From positions 171,308,001 to 171,372,000 of the forward strand of contig NC_086097.1 of NCBI RefSeq assembly GCF_963921235.1: a stretch of 64,000 nucleotides of DNA. The letters run 5' to 3'. The DNA comes from Mobula hypostoma. Its lineage: Eukaryota. Each line of letters begins with the position of its first letter. Position 1 is the stretch's first letter. The translations under genes and the position numbers were made by a program. Of this stretch, positions 1 through 12,775 are shown piece after piece. The notes beneath the pieces were generated by a model. That model was given only the letters and a program-made list of their open reading frames with translations. It had not been told where the DNA came from and made no database searches.

Positions 1-879
1 CTGAAAGGAAGGTATCTTGCGGAAATGTTAAAAATCTCATGAAATTGTATCCCAGTTGCCTTCTAACTGGTCCACAGTGCAAGCATGAGTCCATTACATG
101 GAGCCTATGTGAAATATTATTTTAAGTTCTAGGTGACAAGTCAACATAGGAAATTCAGGTGGACCCCTGCATTATAGAGGTTTGGGTAACAGAAATTCAT
201 TCTTATGCAATTCACAAATCAGCACCAAAATTGTGAGATACAGAAAAACAATTCGCTCTCACGGAATTTATACTTCAATTTTTATTTTATTTTCAGATTT
301 CTTGGTGCATGCACAAATGATGTGGCTTTTCATTAAGAAAAACCGCAACATGAATTGTTTTCCTGGAATGCAACATCCCAGTAATGTGAGTGTCAATGAT
401 GTTGATATTGTTTTGAAATTGATGCCAAATTTCAGAAAAAGAGGGCTTGAAGTCAACTCTTTGGTTGTTGAAAAGGTTTAATGATAAAATAATAAAAGGT
501 TATCTTTAACTAAAATTTAAAGTTTATTACTTTGCCTCATTATGACAACAGACAATTTAAAGGATTTATCTGTTTCAGTTATTAACTTGTGACAGTGTTT
601 GTGGCTGTTCTCAAACTTCTCCTCAGCACAGATAGCTCACTGGGCCACTTCATAATCAGTCATATTTCTTGGGGTCTGGAGTCACATTGTGGGCAGCAAT
701 GTTGCAAAAGATACAAAGAAGCTTCAGTGGGATATGGACAGGCTAAGTGAATGGGCCAAGAATATAATGTGGGAAAATTTGAAGTCATTCAGAACAAATA
801 GAATGGTGGAGTAGTTTTAAAAAGTTCAATAATTCAGTGTTTGAAAATTCATAGTAATCCAGCATGTAAACAAGCTTCA

Positions 880-972
880 GTGCAACACACAAAGTGCTGG
901 AGGGACCCAGGAGGTCAGGCAGCATTTAGACAAGAAAATGGACAAGTGATCTTTCATGTCAAGACCATTCAG
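880..972 (-). repeat. Penelope-like element terminal repeat fragment
   Basis: caacacacaaagtgctggagg...ggcagcatttag matches, in reverse orientation, the PLE tails at 15221-15320 and 39690-39805. Confidence 0.6.
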
Positions 973-1454
973 CCTATTTTGTCCATGCCAATCAAGATGC
1001 CTACCTACACTAGTCCCATTTACCTGCATTTGGCCCATTTCTTTCTAAAATGTGTTGTTTGGGACACTGAGTATAAAAATTGGCAAGTTGTGTTGCAGCT
1101 GCACAGACACAGAGGACCTACTGGTGGGTTCCTTCTGCTGCTTACTGAAACAATTTCCCTTCTTGTATCTTTACTTTCACTTTCAGATCCCTATGGAAGA
1201 ACATCTAGGGTCCTCTGAATGCCATCTCCTTTCAAACTCTCACCATTAAAAAGATACGCTCCTTTTTCTTATTGTTCTCTACGAAATTAGATGACCACAT
1301 TTTTCTACATGATCTTCCACTTTCTATGTCCTTGGCCATTTGCCTTAACCCCTCTATATGGTCCTGAATCTTTTCTCCATCTATCTCATAAATCTCACAT
1401 CAGAAAATTTTAATATATTACACGTGGTCCTCCGACCAAAATTATTACTTGCTG

Positions 1455-2100
1455 CAGGATCTGGGCCAGCTGGAAAAATGGACTGAAAAATGACAGATGG
1501 AACTTAATGCAGACGTATTAACGTATTGCACTTTGGGAGGACAAATCAGCATAGTACTTACACTGTGAACAATAGGGCACTGAGGAGTGTGGTAGAACTG
1601 AATGATCTGAGAATATAGTTCCATAGGTTGTAAGGTTGTAAGAAGATATTTTGGAACGTTGGCCTTCAGAAATCAAAGTATCGTGCACAGAAGTTGGGAT
1701 GTTATGTACATGTTGTATAAGACGTTGGTGAGACCTAATTTGATAGAGGTACAGTATAAAAAATTATGAGGGATATAGATAGGGTAAATGCAAGCAAGCC
1801 TTTTCCCTGAGGTAGGGTGAGACTAGAACTCGAGGCCATGGGTTAAGGAGGAAAGGTGAAATGTTTAAGGGGAACATGAGGGGGATCTTCTTCACTCAGA
1901 GGGCGATGAGAGTGTGGACCAAAATGCCAGTGAAAGTGGAAAATACGGGTTCAATTTCAACATTTAAGAGAAATTTGGATAAATATATAGATGGGATGGG
2001 GTATGGAAGTTATGGTCAAGTCAACGAGACAAGGCAGAATAATAGATTGAATAGAATAGATGGGCCAAAGAGCCAATGCTCTATGACTTTATTACTATGG
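1455..2100 (+). mobile_element. CR1 LINE 3' fragment (degraded)
   Basis: RT C-terminal remnant (FKGNMRGIFFTQRAMRVW) followed by CR1 3'UTR gatgggccaaag...ctctatgact. Confidence 0.75.
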
Positions 2101-2311
2101 ATTGTGATCAGCTAGGGCTCCCCCTGTGTTATGCCACTCACCATAAACATCTAAACCAAAATGACCCATTTATTCCTACACTTTGCAGTCTGTCTTGGAT
2201 TCAAAGCTTGCTCCACCCAAATATGTTATCCCAGGACCGCATGCTCTAATTTCATTTAACAATCTCCTGTATCAAGCCTTATCAAAGACCTTCTGAAAAA
2301 ATAAACACATC

Positions 2312-2935
2312 ACAATCAGAATTATATTTATTATCACAGACATATGTTGTGAAATTTGTTGTTTTGAGACAGCAGTTCAACGCATAAAATTATTATAAAT
2401 TATAAGAGATAGAAAGCTACAGTAGATAGGTAAATACATAAGTAAGTAAATAGAGAAATAAATAAGTTATGTAAGAGAGGAATAGTGAGATAGTTTCGTG
2501 AACTCATGGACAGTTCAGAAAACTGATGGCAGAAGGGAAGAAGCTATTCCTAAAATATTGAGTATAGAACATTGGGTTACTGTACCTCCTCCCGGATGGT
2601 AGTAATTAGAAGAGGAAATGTCTTGGATGGTAAGGGGCCTTAGTGATGGATGCTGCCTTCTTGTGGCACCAGCTTTTGAAGATGTACTCCATGGTGAGGA
2701 GGGTAATGCCTCTGATGGAGCTGGCTGAGTGAACAACCTTTTACAGTCTCGTTCAATCTTGTGCATTGGAGCCTCCATACTAGGCAATTACCAACCAGTA
2801 AGAATCCTCTCCACAGGACATCTGCAGTACATCTCTAGAAATTTGCTATAGCCTTTGGTAATATACCAAATCTCATCAAACTCCTAATGAAGTATAGCCA
2901 CTGGCATGCCTTCTTCATGATTGTATTAATATTTT
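2312..2935 (-). mobile_element. Rex1/Babar LINE 3' fragment
   Basis: Reverse-strand match to the 3' end of the Rex1 copy at 10120-11950 (ggatgctgccttcttg, aagaagctattcc). Confidence 0.65.
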
Positions 2936-3629
2936 GGGGATATATCCTCTGAGAATTTTGTTTCCTCTCTATCTTTTCTGTTCGTTATTACATCAAAAAA
3001 CTTCTAATGGATTTGTCCAACATGATTCCCTTTCAATGTCTATATTGACTCTCCCTAATCCTATTAGTTTGCTTTTGCCAGGCAATGATTATCTCCAGAG
3101 AGAGTTTGTCTTCCACTGAGTGCTCATTATTAGTATATGAGGAGCAACCAGGGACTTAACCAATTCAGCCAAGTAAATGCTGTGGCTCTTACAGCAGGAC
3201 AGAGGCTGGGGATCATGTGGAGCTACTTTTACTTACTGTCCATCATGCTAAGGTGCTTCTCTTGTGACTATCTGATTTCTCCATCCCTGCAAAAGGAGTT
3301 TAGTTTCTCACTTCTCTCCTCAGGATTTTCATTCCCATTTTTGATAGAACTTAATCATTTGAAATTGGCAGCGGACTTGTGAGATAATCACACCCACATC
3401 CTACCATCTCTTTCCTCCAGGCACTGCTCTAAGGTTCTTCCATTATTTCTCATATTTATTTCTGGTTTCAAACTACTATTATGGCTGTTCTTCTTTTATG
3501 TTTTTATACACATATAGCTGTGAATATGACTAGCATTTTTTGTCCAATGTTATTCTCATAGTTCAGCACATTGCTGTGGATCTCAAACTGCATGTAGTCA
3601 AACCAGCAAGGGGTATATAACATGGGTTC

Positions 3630-3850
3630 AGGGGAGGCATGGTAGCTTATCACTGTTACAGTGCCAGCAACCTGGGTTCAATTCGGCCACTGTCTGTAAA
3701 GAGTCTATATGTTTTCTCTGTAATGGCGTGAGTTTCCTTGGATATCCCAAAGACGTATGGCAATATGTTAGTTGGCCACATGGGTGTAGTTGGGAAGTGT
3801 GGGCTTGTTGAGCCTGAAGTGTCTGTTACCATGCTATATCTCCAAATTTA
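3630..3850 (+). mobile_element. tRNA-derived V-SINE (HE1-like)
   Basis: A box-like ggcatggtagc, B box ggttcaattc, V-domain-like gtctgtaaagagtctatatgttttctc, CR1-like tail. Confidence 0.65.
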
Positions 3851-4139
3851 AAATTAAAAGAAGAAGCAGAGGTATAAAGTGAAAGGTAAGAAGCTCAGAG
3901 GAAATTAGAGGAGGCATTGAAAGTGATAGAAATATGGTAAGCTGTTTTAATAATGTCACATGTACCCAGGTGCTGTGAAAACTTGTCTTGCATACCATCC
4001 ATACAAATCAATTTATTATAAAATTGCATTCAGTAATACAGGGAAAACAACAGAATGCAGAATAAAGTGTTACAGTTAAAGAGAATTTGCAGTGCAGGTA
4101 GACAATAAGTTGCCAAGTCATAACAAGGTAGAATAAGGT

Positions 4140-4442
4140 ACAATATGGCTAACACAAGAGGGCACAGTTTTAAGGTGCTTAGGAGCAGATACAGAGGCGA
4201 TGCCAGGGGTAAGTTTTTTAATGCGGAGTGTGGTGAGGACGTGGAATGGGCTGCCAGCGACGGCGGTGGAGGTGGAAACAATAGGGTCTTTTAAGAGATT
4301 CCTGCATTGGTACATGGAGCTTAGAAAAATAGAGGGTTATGGGTAACCCTAGGTAATTTCTAAAATAAGTACATGTTCGACACTGCATCGTAGGACGAAG
4401 TGCCTTCATTGTGCTGTAGGTTTTCCATGTTTCTATGTTTCT
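4140..4442 (+). mobile_element. CR1 3' fragment nested in a minus-strand Rex1-like tail (about 3940-4750)
   Basis: CR1 C-terminal sequence and (ttctatgt)n tail; flanked by duplicated taaggt. Confidence 0.65.
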
Positions 4443-4881
4443 AAGGTCAAGATCTTATTGTACAAGTGGACTGTTTAATAGTCTCATAACAGTGGGGTTG
4501 AAGAGGTCCTTGGACCTAGTGGTATGTGTTTTCAGGCCTTTGTACCTCCTGCCCAATGGGAGAGGGGAGAAGAGAGAAAGAGAGAAAGACTAAAGTGGGT
4601 TAGGTCTTTGATTATGCTGATAGAAAGGTGCTATCAGAGTAGATAGAATACAGGGTGGTTTCTGTGACGTACTTAGCTGTGTCCACAATTCTCTGCAGTT
4701 TCTTGTGGTCATGGGAAGAGCAGTTGCAATACTAAGCTGTGATGCATTTGGAACGTGCTGCCTGGGGAAGTGCTGGAGGCAGATACCCTGAAAACATTAA
4801 AGAAGCAACCTGACAAGCACATGAAAAGCAGAGAAGCCTATGGTCTAAATGTGGGTAAATGGGACGATTATAGATATGTAC

Positions 4882-5198
4882 TGTTATGACATGCACCCAA
4901 CCGGGCTAGCTCCCGGCTTTTAGATGCTCTAACTCTGCAGAATATGGATAGCCGGCAATGCCCCTTTAAGGGCTCAGGACCGTCCTGCTAAATGGCAGTT
5001 GAGTTTTGGTGACAAGATTAAGTATTTAAAGAGCATCTGAACTGAGGTTCAGTGCTCAGTCATAAGCTTAACTAGAGATACCATCTAGCATTTTGTTTTT
5101 GCTCAGGTCTCATTCCAGCTTAATATCATGTCTCAATTCCAGCCACGGATACTCCAGCAGTTGGGTCCAAACCATTCTTATCAAGGTCTCTCATCACA
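4882..5198 (+). repeat. 5' LTR of Gypsy element
   Basis: tgttatgac...tctcatcaca; aligns with 9392-9699; TATA-like gtatttaaag. Confidence 0.9.
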
Positions 5199-5214
5199 GT
5201 ACAATTAAGCCAAC

Positions 5215-6060
5215 ATGGATCTAGCCACAGCAAGTGGGTTTCCATGGAGAACTTGGAGATACATGACCTCCAGGCCGCTGTATACTAGCTATTGCAAGGA
5301 GGATACCAGAGTCATTTGGATGAGGCTGTTGGTCACACTGTGGAGCCAGTACATCTTCCAACCCCAGAGAGATTCAACAGAGAACTGGGTTCTTGCTGTG
5401 GCTTCCTCACTCAATGCTCATTGGTGTCTGAACTCCAGCCATCCCAGTTCTCTTCAGAATGTGAAAAAGTAGCCTTCATGATCTCTCTCTTGACCTCTCC
5501 ACATTGGCAATGAAAGTTGGAGATCTGTGTGGATATGGAGGAATTCATGAGCACCATGAGAAAGGTATTTTCTCATCCCACAAGCGCAAACAGAAGCTGC
5601 ATCAGGGAAGTTGGTCTGTGGCCAATTATGCTATTGATTTCCGAATTCTGGCTCAAGGGAGTTGTTGGAACAGGGATGCTTTGGCAACTCTGTACCACCA
5701 TGGACTCCAGGATGAACTAAAGGATGCCCTCACCTTGGGACAGCCAACAGGTGGCTTAGAGGTCCTCATCGACCAGTCCGTCTCCCTTGAAATTCATCGA
5801 ACAGAGCGTAAGAGAGACTACATTATGAGGCCAAAGAGGGCTAGCCTGAGCCTGGCCACAATCCATTGCGGTTCTATGAACCCCTCCCCCCCCCAAGTCG
5901 GATGATAACTAGCCTGTCTCCTGCTTGGGTCTCTGTTGAGCCCATGCAGATCAGTTACACAGGGCTCTCTGCCGGTGAGTGGTCCTGGCATCGGAATCAA
6001 GGCTGCTGCTATTATTTTGAGGAAGCAGGTCACCTGTGGGCTGAATGTCTGAAGCTGCTG
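5215..6060 (+). pseudogene. gag: Gypsy gag (PEG10/RTL1-like), frameshifted
   Basis: PERFNRELGSCCGFLTQCSL...KVAFMISLLT; LHQGSWSVANYAIDFRILA; degenerate zinc knuckle CYYFEEAGHLWAEC. Confidence 0.85.
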
Positions 6061-6099
6061 GTGCCTGGAGAACTGTTAGGACTATCCAGCATTGAGAGG

Positions 6100-9000
6100 A
6101 CTATGAAGGTAGCAACCACTAGGCCCAATCCCATGGATTCTGGTTTCAGTTGGGTAAGAACGAGGCAAGCGAAGGCTTTTGTGGATTCTGGAGAAGTGGG
6201 TAATTTTCTGGGTTTAGAAACCACTCGTTGGCTCAACATGCCACTAGTACTCTAGGCTGTCCCACCATAACCCATCCGTGGGCTGGATGGAGGGGAGGAT
6301 CATTGATTGGTCCAGTTATTGTGAGAGGGTATGTTTGCGGAATGGTGTTCTGACCCCCAGATTCTCCTGAGACCAATGACCAACTAAGGGACAGATTTCA
6401 GTGTGAGGTAACCCAAAGCTTAAGGAATCCAGATTCCAGGTCCTGTCTAAAGGGAAGTCTCCGAAACACAGACCCTTGGAACCTGCTCCCAGGGATGCAA
6501 GGACCACCTGTAACACCTCGTTACCATTACCTGAGGATGTGAGGGAGGAAACTTGAAGGTCAGTCGAACCACCCCTACCACGTAATACGTCTCAGGAGTC
6601 ATCTTTGTAGGAAGGTTCAGAAGAACTTGCAATAAACAGGCCGGTCAAATTCGTTCCATATAAAAGGACTTGGAAGAGTTCTTCAGCAAGGGAAAGGCCT
6701 CGACTCTCCCCACACACCAACCCAACAACTGTGTTATAGATCCTCTGCCTGGTACTTGTCCTCCACATGGTCGAGTATACACGCTCTCAGGTCCAGAGAG
6801 AAGTGCAATGGAAGAATATGTAAAGGAAGTTCATGCAATGGGATTCATTCAGCACTCCACCTCATCAGCCTGTGCAGGCTACTTCTTCGTACAAAAGAAC
6901 AATAGGAGCCTGCGGCCATATATTGATTATAGAGGATTAAACCGCATAGCAGTCCAGAATTGCTACCCCCTTCCACTCATGAATACTGCCTTTGAGATTC
7001 TCCAAGGAGCTAGAGTATTCATTAAGCTATATCTGCAGGGTACATACAATCTGATCTGTATAAGGAAAGGCAATGAGTGGAAGACCACATTCAATACACT
7101 GATGGATCACTACGAGTACCTGGTTATGCCCTTTGGCCTTGCAAACACTCCAGCAGCTTTTCAGGCCTTTATAAACAACATGCTCTGGGATTCTCTCCAT
7201 AAGCATGCCCTTGTCTACTTGGATGATATCCTAATCTTATTTAAATCTGTGGAGAAGCACATCACTCATGTCAGGGATGTTTGAAAGAGGCTTTTAGACC
7301 ATGGTTTTATATCAAGTTGGAGAAGTCTGAATTTCACGTGATGACCATTTTATTTTTGGGTTTCATCAACTCCAATGGCAATCTCAAGATGGACCCTACC
7401 AAGACCCAGGCAGTCAGAGACTGGCCACAACCATCCAGTATCAAGCAAGTCCAACAATCCTGGGGTTTGCTAACTTTTACTAGCCATTCATCAGGAACTT
7501 CAGCTCAGTGGCAGCTCCACTGATGGCTGTAACTAAGAGATCTATGAGCCCCTTTGCCTGGACTACCGAGGCAGAAGCTGTTTTTGCAGAGCTTAAACAC
7601 CTGTTAACATCAGCTCCCATCTTGGGTTCACCTAACCCAGGCTTTCCCTTCGTCATGGGGTGGATGCCTAGGACATCAAAGTTGGTGCAGTGTTGTCTCA
7701 ACGGTCACCTTTGGACAGTAAACTGCACCCATATGCATTCCTCTCCAGGCAGCTATCCGTAGCACAGAGAAACTACGACATTGGGAAACAGGAGCTATTA
7801 GTTGTTAAGTTGGCATTGGAGGATAGACATCATTGGCTTGAGGGAGCCAAGAACCCTTTCACTGTTTAGACAGACCACAAGTAACTGGCTTATATTCAGG
7901 AGGTCAAGAGACTGAACTCCAGGCAGGCTAGGTGCCCTCTTTACTGTTATAACTTTGCCCTAACCTATCAACCAGGTCAAAGAATTGAAACCAGATGCTT
8001 TGTCTCGTCAGTTTGACAAACGCAGAGAGAGGAGCAAATGTATCACCATTTTGCCTTAAGTGAAGGTGGTAGCACCAAGCCCAGGCACAAGGGGAGACTC
8101 CGAGTCGCCTGTTTGTCGCAAGCTCCGTAAGGTCATAGGTACCCCAGTGGGGACATTCATCAAGAATGACCACACACCTGGAGATTGCCAGGACCCATGC
8201 GTTGATCAAGGGAAGGTATTGGTGACCCAGAATGGCGAAAGAGGTTCAACAGCATGTGCAGGTATGCGGGTGTGCGCCCGGAACAAGGAGTCCTGTACAC
8301 AATCTCAAGGGCTCCTGTGTCCTCTACCTGTTCCAGACAGCCCATGGACGCACATCTCCAAGGACTTTATGTCACAGGTCTTTCACCTTCCAGGGGGAAG
8401 ACTGTGATCATGATCATTATTAATCAATTTTCAAAGGCCTGCAGATTGATTGTCTTGAACAAGTTACCATCTGTGATGGAGACCGCCAAAATTGTCCTTG
8501 ACCAGGTCTTCAGATTCCATAGTTTTCCGGTGGACATAGTCACAAATCACAGTCCACAATTCGCATCATATTTCTGGAGGGCATTTTGAAAGCCAGTTGG
8601 GGCAACAATGAGTCTTTCCTCTGGGTTTCACCCACAGGGCAACGGCTAGCTGGAGTGGGTCAACCAAGATATGGAAAGTACCCTAAGCTGCCTGGCCTCT
8701 GAAAGACTAGACGAGTGGTATGACCATTTGATGTGGGCACAGGTTGTCCACAACACCTTAAGGCATTCAGGGCACGGTATGTCCCCTTTTGAATGCCAGC
8801 CTGAGTATTCTTTGCCATTCCTCCCTGAGCAGGAGGCCGAGGTTGGGGTTCTTGCAGCTGAAGTTTTTTTCTGATGCTGCAAGGAGAAATGGACTAGGGC
8901 AAGGGAGGTTTTGTTAGCTTCTACCCGGAAGGCTGAAATAAAGGCTAACCTCAAGAGAAGACAGGGACCAGTCTTGCAGCCTGGGCAACAGGTCTGGCTG

Positions 9001-9362
9001 TTGACTCAGGATCTACTTCTCCAGGTGGAATCAAGGAAATTGGTTCCTATGTTCATTGGACCTTTCCAGATTCTTAGGAAGGTAAACCCTGTGGCTTACA
9101 CCTTGCTTGCCCTTAAGATCAATCCCACTTTCCATATTTCCAAGTTGAAGCCTGTGAACACCAGTCCCTTAGCCCCAGTAGATTTGTTGATGGTAAACAG
9201 GTTTTCACTGTAAAAAGAGTTATGGATTCACAAACTTTTCAGGGTGGTCAGCATTTCCTCATGAACTGGGAGGAATTCAGACCCGAGGAACAGTGCTGGG
9301 TTCCTGAAGGGGACTCCTTAGGACCAGGTCTCATCCATGGCTACCATCATCAATTTCTCTGA
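6100..9362 (+). pseudogene. pol: Gypsy pol (PR, RT, RNase H, IN, chromodomain) with stops and frameshifts
   Basis: AFVDSG protease; [32 protein letters not shown]ase H; PWTHIS and GFHPQGNG integrase; chromodomain FTVKRVMDS...FLMNWEEFRPEEQCWVP at 9189-9360. Confidence 0.92.
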
Positions 9363-9391
9363 GCAGCCAGGCCTGTAGGGGAGGTGGGTCC

Positions 9392-9699
9392 TGCTATGTC
9401 ACGCACACAAACACACAAGCTCCTAACGTTTAGACACGTTAGCTCTCTGGAATATGGATAGCTGGCGTGGCCCCTGTAAGGGTTCAGAGCCATACTGCTA
9501 ATGGCAATTATGTTCTGTGCACCATGATTAAGTATTTAAAGATTACCTGAACTGAGGTCTGGTGCTCAATCTAACTAGAGATATTGTCTACTGTTTTGTC
9601 TTTGCTCAGTTCCCTTTCCAGCTTAATGCCATGTCTTGATTCCGGCCTTAGACACTCCAGCACTTGAGTCAAACAACCTTGTTAAGGTCTCTCATCACA
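9392..9699 (+). repeat. 3' LTR of Gypsy element
   Basis: tgctatgtc...tctcatcaca directly after the PPT. Confidence 0.9.
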
Positions 9700-9744
9700 G
9701 TACAGTGCCAGGCTTTGACATGGTTATGTTGCATGTCTCCATGA

Positions 9745-9960
9745 ATCCAAGAAAGGACAACAGATTTTTGACTCTGAAGCATCAAATGGGATTTTTATCA
9801 CAACCTAACAGAGTTATGGTTAGACTTAATGGACCTAGCTTTATCTCTCCCCGCTAATTTAATTCTTCAGTTTAAATTACCCACTTGTCATGAGGAGATT
9901 TGAACTCATGTCTCCAGATCAATGCCTGCTAATCCAGAAATTCAACCACTTTGCAACTAT
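9745..9960 (-). mobile_element. Ancient tRNA-derived SINE remnant
   Basis: Reverse strand has B box-like gagttcaaatc; related tail fragments near 660-700 and 3565-3610. Confidence 0.5.
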
Positions 9961-10119
9961 TCATACATTTTTCCAGTATTGGGGAATCAAGGAATAGAGA
10001 GTAGAGATTTAAGGTGGGAAGGGTGAGATTTAATAGGAACTTGAAGGACAACTTTTTTTTACATGAAGAGTGATATCTATGTGGAAACTTGAATCATCAA
10101 AGAAGGCTTGAATATTATC

Positions 10120-11950
10120 ACTGCTTATAACGATAAATCAAGCAATAGAGGAGACAACAGGGCTTCAGTTCCAGATGAGCTCAATGCCTTCTATGTTCCC
10201 TTTGACCATCAAAACATGGAGCTTCTATCATGAACTCCTACAACTCCTGATATCCTGTGATTTCAGTCTCTGAGACCAACTTATGAGCTGCCTTCAGGAG
10301 GGTACACCCTACAAAAAGCATTCAGCCCTGATGGAGTACCTGTCCAAGAACTAAAGACCTGTGCTGATCAACTGGCTAAAATATTTACTGAGATCTTCAA
10401 CCTCTCAATGCAGCAGTCTGAGGTACACTCCTGCTTCAAACAGGCTTCAATTATACTAGTGCCTTAGAAGAACTTGGTAACTTGCCTCAATGACTATCGT
10501 CCAGTTGCACTTACATCCACAGTGATCAAAGTGTTTTGAGAGGTTGGTGATAAAACATATCAATTCTTGCCTGAGAAGAAAATTGGATCCACTCCAATTT
10601 GCCTACTGGAGAAGCAGGTCCGCAGCAGATGCCATCTCCTTGGCTCTTCACTCAACTGAGGAACATTTGGACAGCAAAGGTGCATACATGAAGATGCCCT
10701 TTATTGACTACAGCTTGATATTCAATACCATCATCCCCTTAAAGCTAATCAATAAGCTTCAAGGACTTGGCATCAATACCTTCTTGTGCAATTCAATCCT
10801 TGATTTCCTCACTTGCAGACCTCAGTCACTTCAGTTTGGCAACAACATCTCCTCCATGATCTTCATCAGCACAGGTGCACTATAAGGCTGTGTGCCTAGC
10901 TCCCTGCTCCACTCACTTTACACTTATGACTATGAGGCTAAGTACAGCTCCAATGCCATATCTAAGTTTGCTGATGACACCACTGTCATAGGCTGAATCA
11001 AAGGTGGTGATGAATCAGCATATAGGAGCGAGAATGAAAATCTAGCTGAGAGGTGCCATGACAACGACATCTTACTTAATGTCAGCAATACCATGGAGCT
11101 GATTATTGACCAAGAGGAGGAAACCAGAGGTCCATGAGCCAGTCCTTATCAGAGGATTAGAGGTGGAGAGAGTCAGCAATGATAATTTCTTTGGTGTTAT
11201 TATTTGGGAGGATCTATCCTGACCCCAGCATGTAAATGTAATTATGAAGAAAGTGCAGCAACACTTCTATTCCTTAGGAGTTTGCAAATATTTGGTATGA
11301 CATCTAAAACTATGACAAACTTCTATTGATGTGTAGTGCAGAGTATATTGACTGGCTGCATCACAGCCTAATGTGGAAACACTAATTCCCTTGAACAGAA
11401 AATCTTACAACAAGTGCTGGATATAGCCCCGTCCTCCCCATTGAGCACTTCTACATGAAGCAGTGTTGCAGGAAGGCAGCATCCATCATCAGGGAACCCC
11501 ACCACCCAGGACATGCTCTTTTGTCACTGCTGCCATTAGTAAGAAGGTACAGGAGCCTCAGGAGTCACACAACTAGGCCAAGAACAATTATTACCCCTCA
11601 ACCATCAGGCTCTTGAACCAAAGGAGATAACTTCACTGAACTTTATTTGCCCCCTTCACTGAACTGTTCCCTCAACCAATGGGCTCATTTTCATGGACAC
11701 TTCATCTCATTGTCTTGATGTATATTGCTTATTTATTTATTATCATTATTATTTATTTTGTTTTGTATTTGCACAGTTCATTGTCTTTTGCACATTGGGC
11801 AAATGCCCAAGTTGATGTGGTCTTTTATAGATTATATTATGGTTATTCTAATATTATGGTTTTATTAGGTATTCCTCCTAGGAAATGAATCTCAGGGTTG
11901 TATATGGTGATATATATGTACTTTGATAATACGTTTACTTTGAACTTTGA
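10120..11950 (+). mobile_element. Rex1/Babar LINE, 5'-truncated and decayed
   Basis: LNDYRPVALTS, LDPLQFAY, FIDYSLIFNTIIP, KFADDT RT motifs; (tttgaac)n tail. Confidence 0.88.
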
Positions 11951-12112
11951 ATCAGCTGCTGGAGGAAATGGTTGAGGAAGGTACAATAAGAACTTTAATA
12001 AACAGTTAGACAGGTACACGGGATTTGGGCTGAAAGGCCTGTTTCCATTCTGGATAATTCTAGGATCTTTTCTTCAAAAAGAAAATGATATCAAGCAACA
12101 ATGCACATTTTA

Positions 12113-12775
12113 GATCAGATTATGAGAACACGCAGTCCTCATTTATTGTCATTTAGAAATGCATGCATGCATTAAGAAATGATACAATGTTCCTCCAGTG
12201 TGATATCACAGAAAAACAGGACAAACCAAAGACTAACACTGACAGAACCACATAATTATAACATATAGTTACAGCAGTGCAAAGCAATACCATAATTTGA
12301 TAAAGAGCAGACCATGGACATGGTAAAAAAAAAGTCTCAAAGTCCCGATCGATTCCCGAGTCCCCGCTAGCAGGTGGCAAAAGGGAGAAACTCCCTGCCA
12401 TAAACCTCCAGGCACCGACAACTGCCGACGCATTGGAAGCACCCGACCACAGCCGACACTGAGTCCGTCCGTCCGAAAACTTCGAGCCTCCGACCAGCCC
12501 CTCTGATACAGTCTCCCGAGCGCCATCAACTTCACCCCAGCCGCCAAAACAAGCAAAGCCGAGGATTCGGGGCCTTCTCCTCCAGAGATTCCGGACCACA
12601 CAGTAGCAGCGGCAGCGAAGTAGGCATTTCAGAAGTTTCTCCAGATGTTCCTCCGTACTCTCACGTCTGCCTCCATCAAATCAGGATTGTGCACGGTACC
12701 CTACTTGACACATAACAAATATCATTCACCGGAGTGGCCGCGCACACTGCATCGCGCCACCATCTTCTCCTCCTC
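12113..12775 (-). mobile_element. About 660-bp non-autonomous LINE-dependent retroelement, copy A
   Basis: Reverse complement of 21409-22075; 5' aagatggtgg, 3' aataaa plus short-repeat tail; no recognisable protein. Confidence 0.75.

Larger units (their letters stand above)
4882..9699 (+). mobile_element. Full-length degraded Ty3/Gypsy chromovirus (Sushi-ichi/Tf1 group)
   Basis: Two TG...CA LTRs, gtac TSD (4878-4881 and 9700-9703), PPT aggggaggtggg at 9377-9388, gag-PR-RT-RH-IN-chromodomain order. Confidence 0.93.

Noticed and set aside
298..385. Exon-like segment (ttttcag ... gtgagt) within ORF 182-481
   Set aside because: The splice signals are plausible, but the peptide resembles nothing I recognise and has no supporting neighbouring exons.
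12153..12601. 148-aa and 110-aa ORFs in the 660-bp repeat
   Set aside because: The reading frame is not maintained over its length in the second copy (21590-21935) and has no domain motifs.
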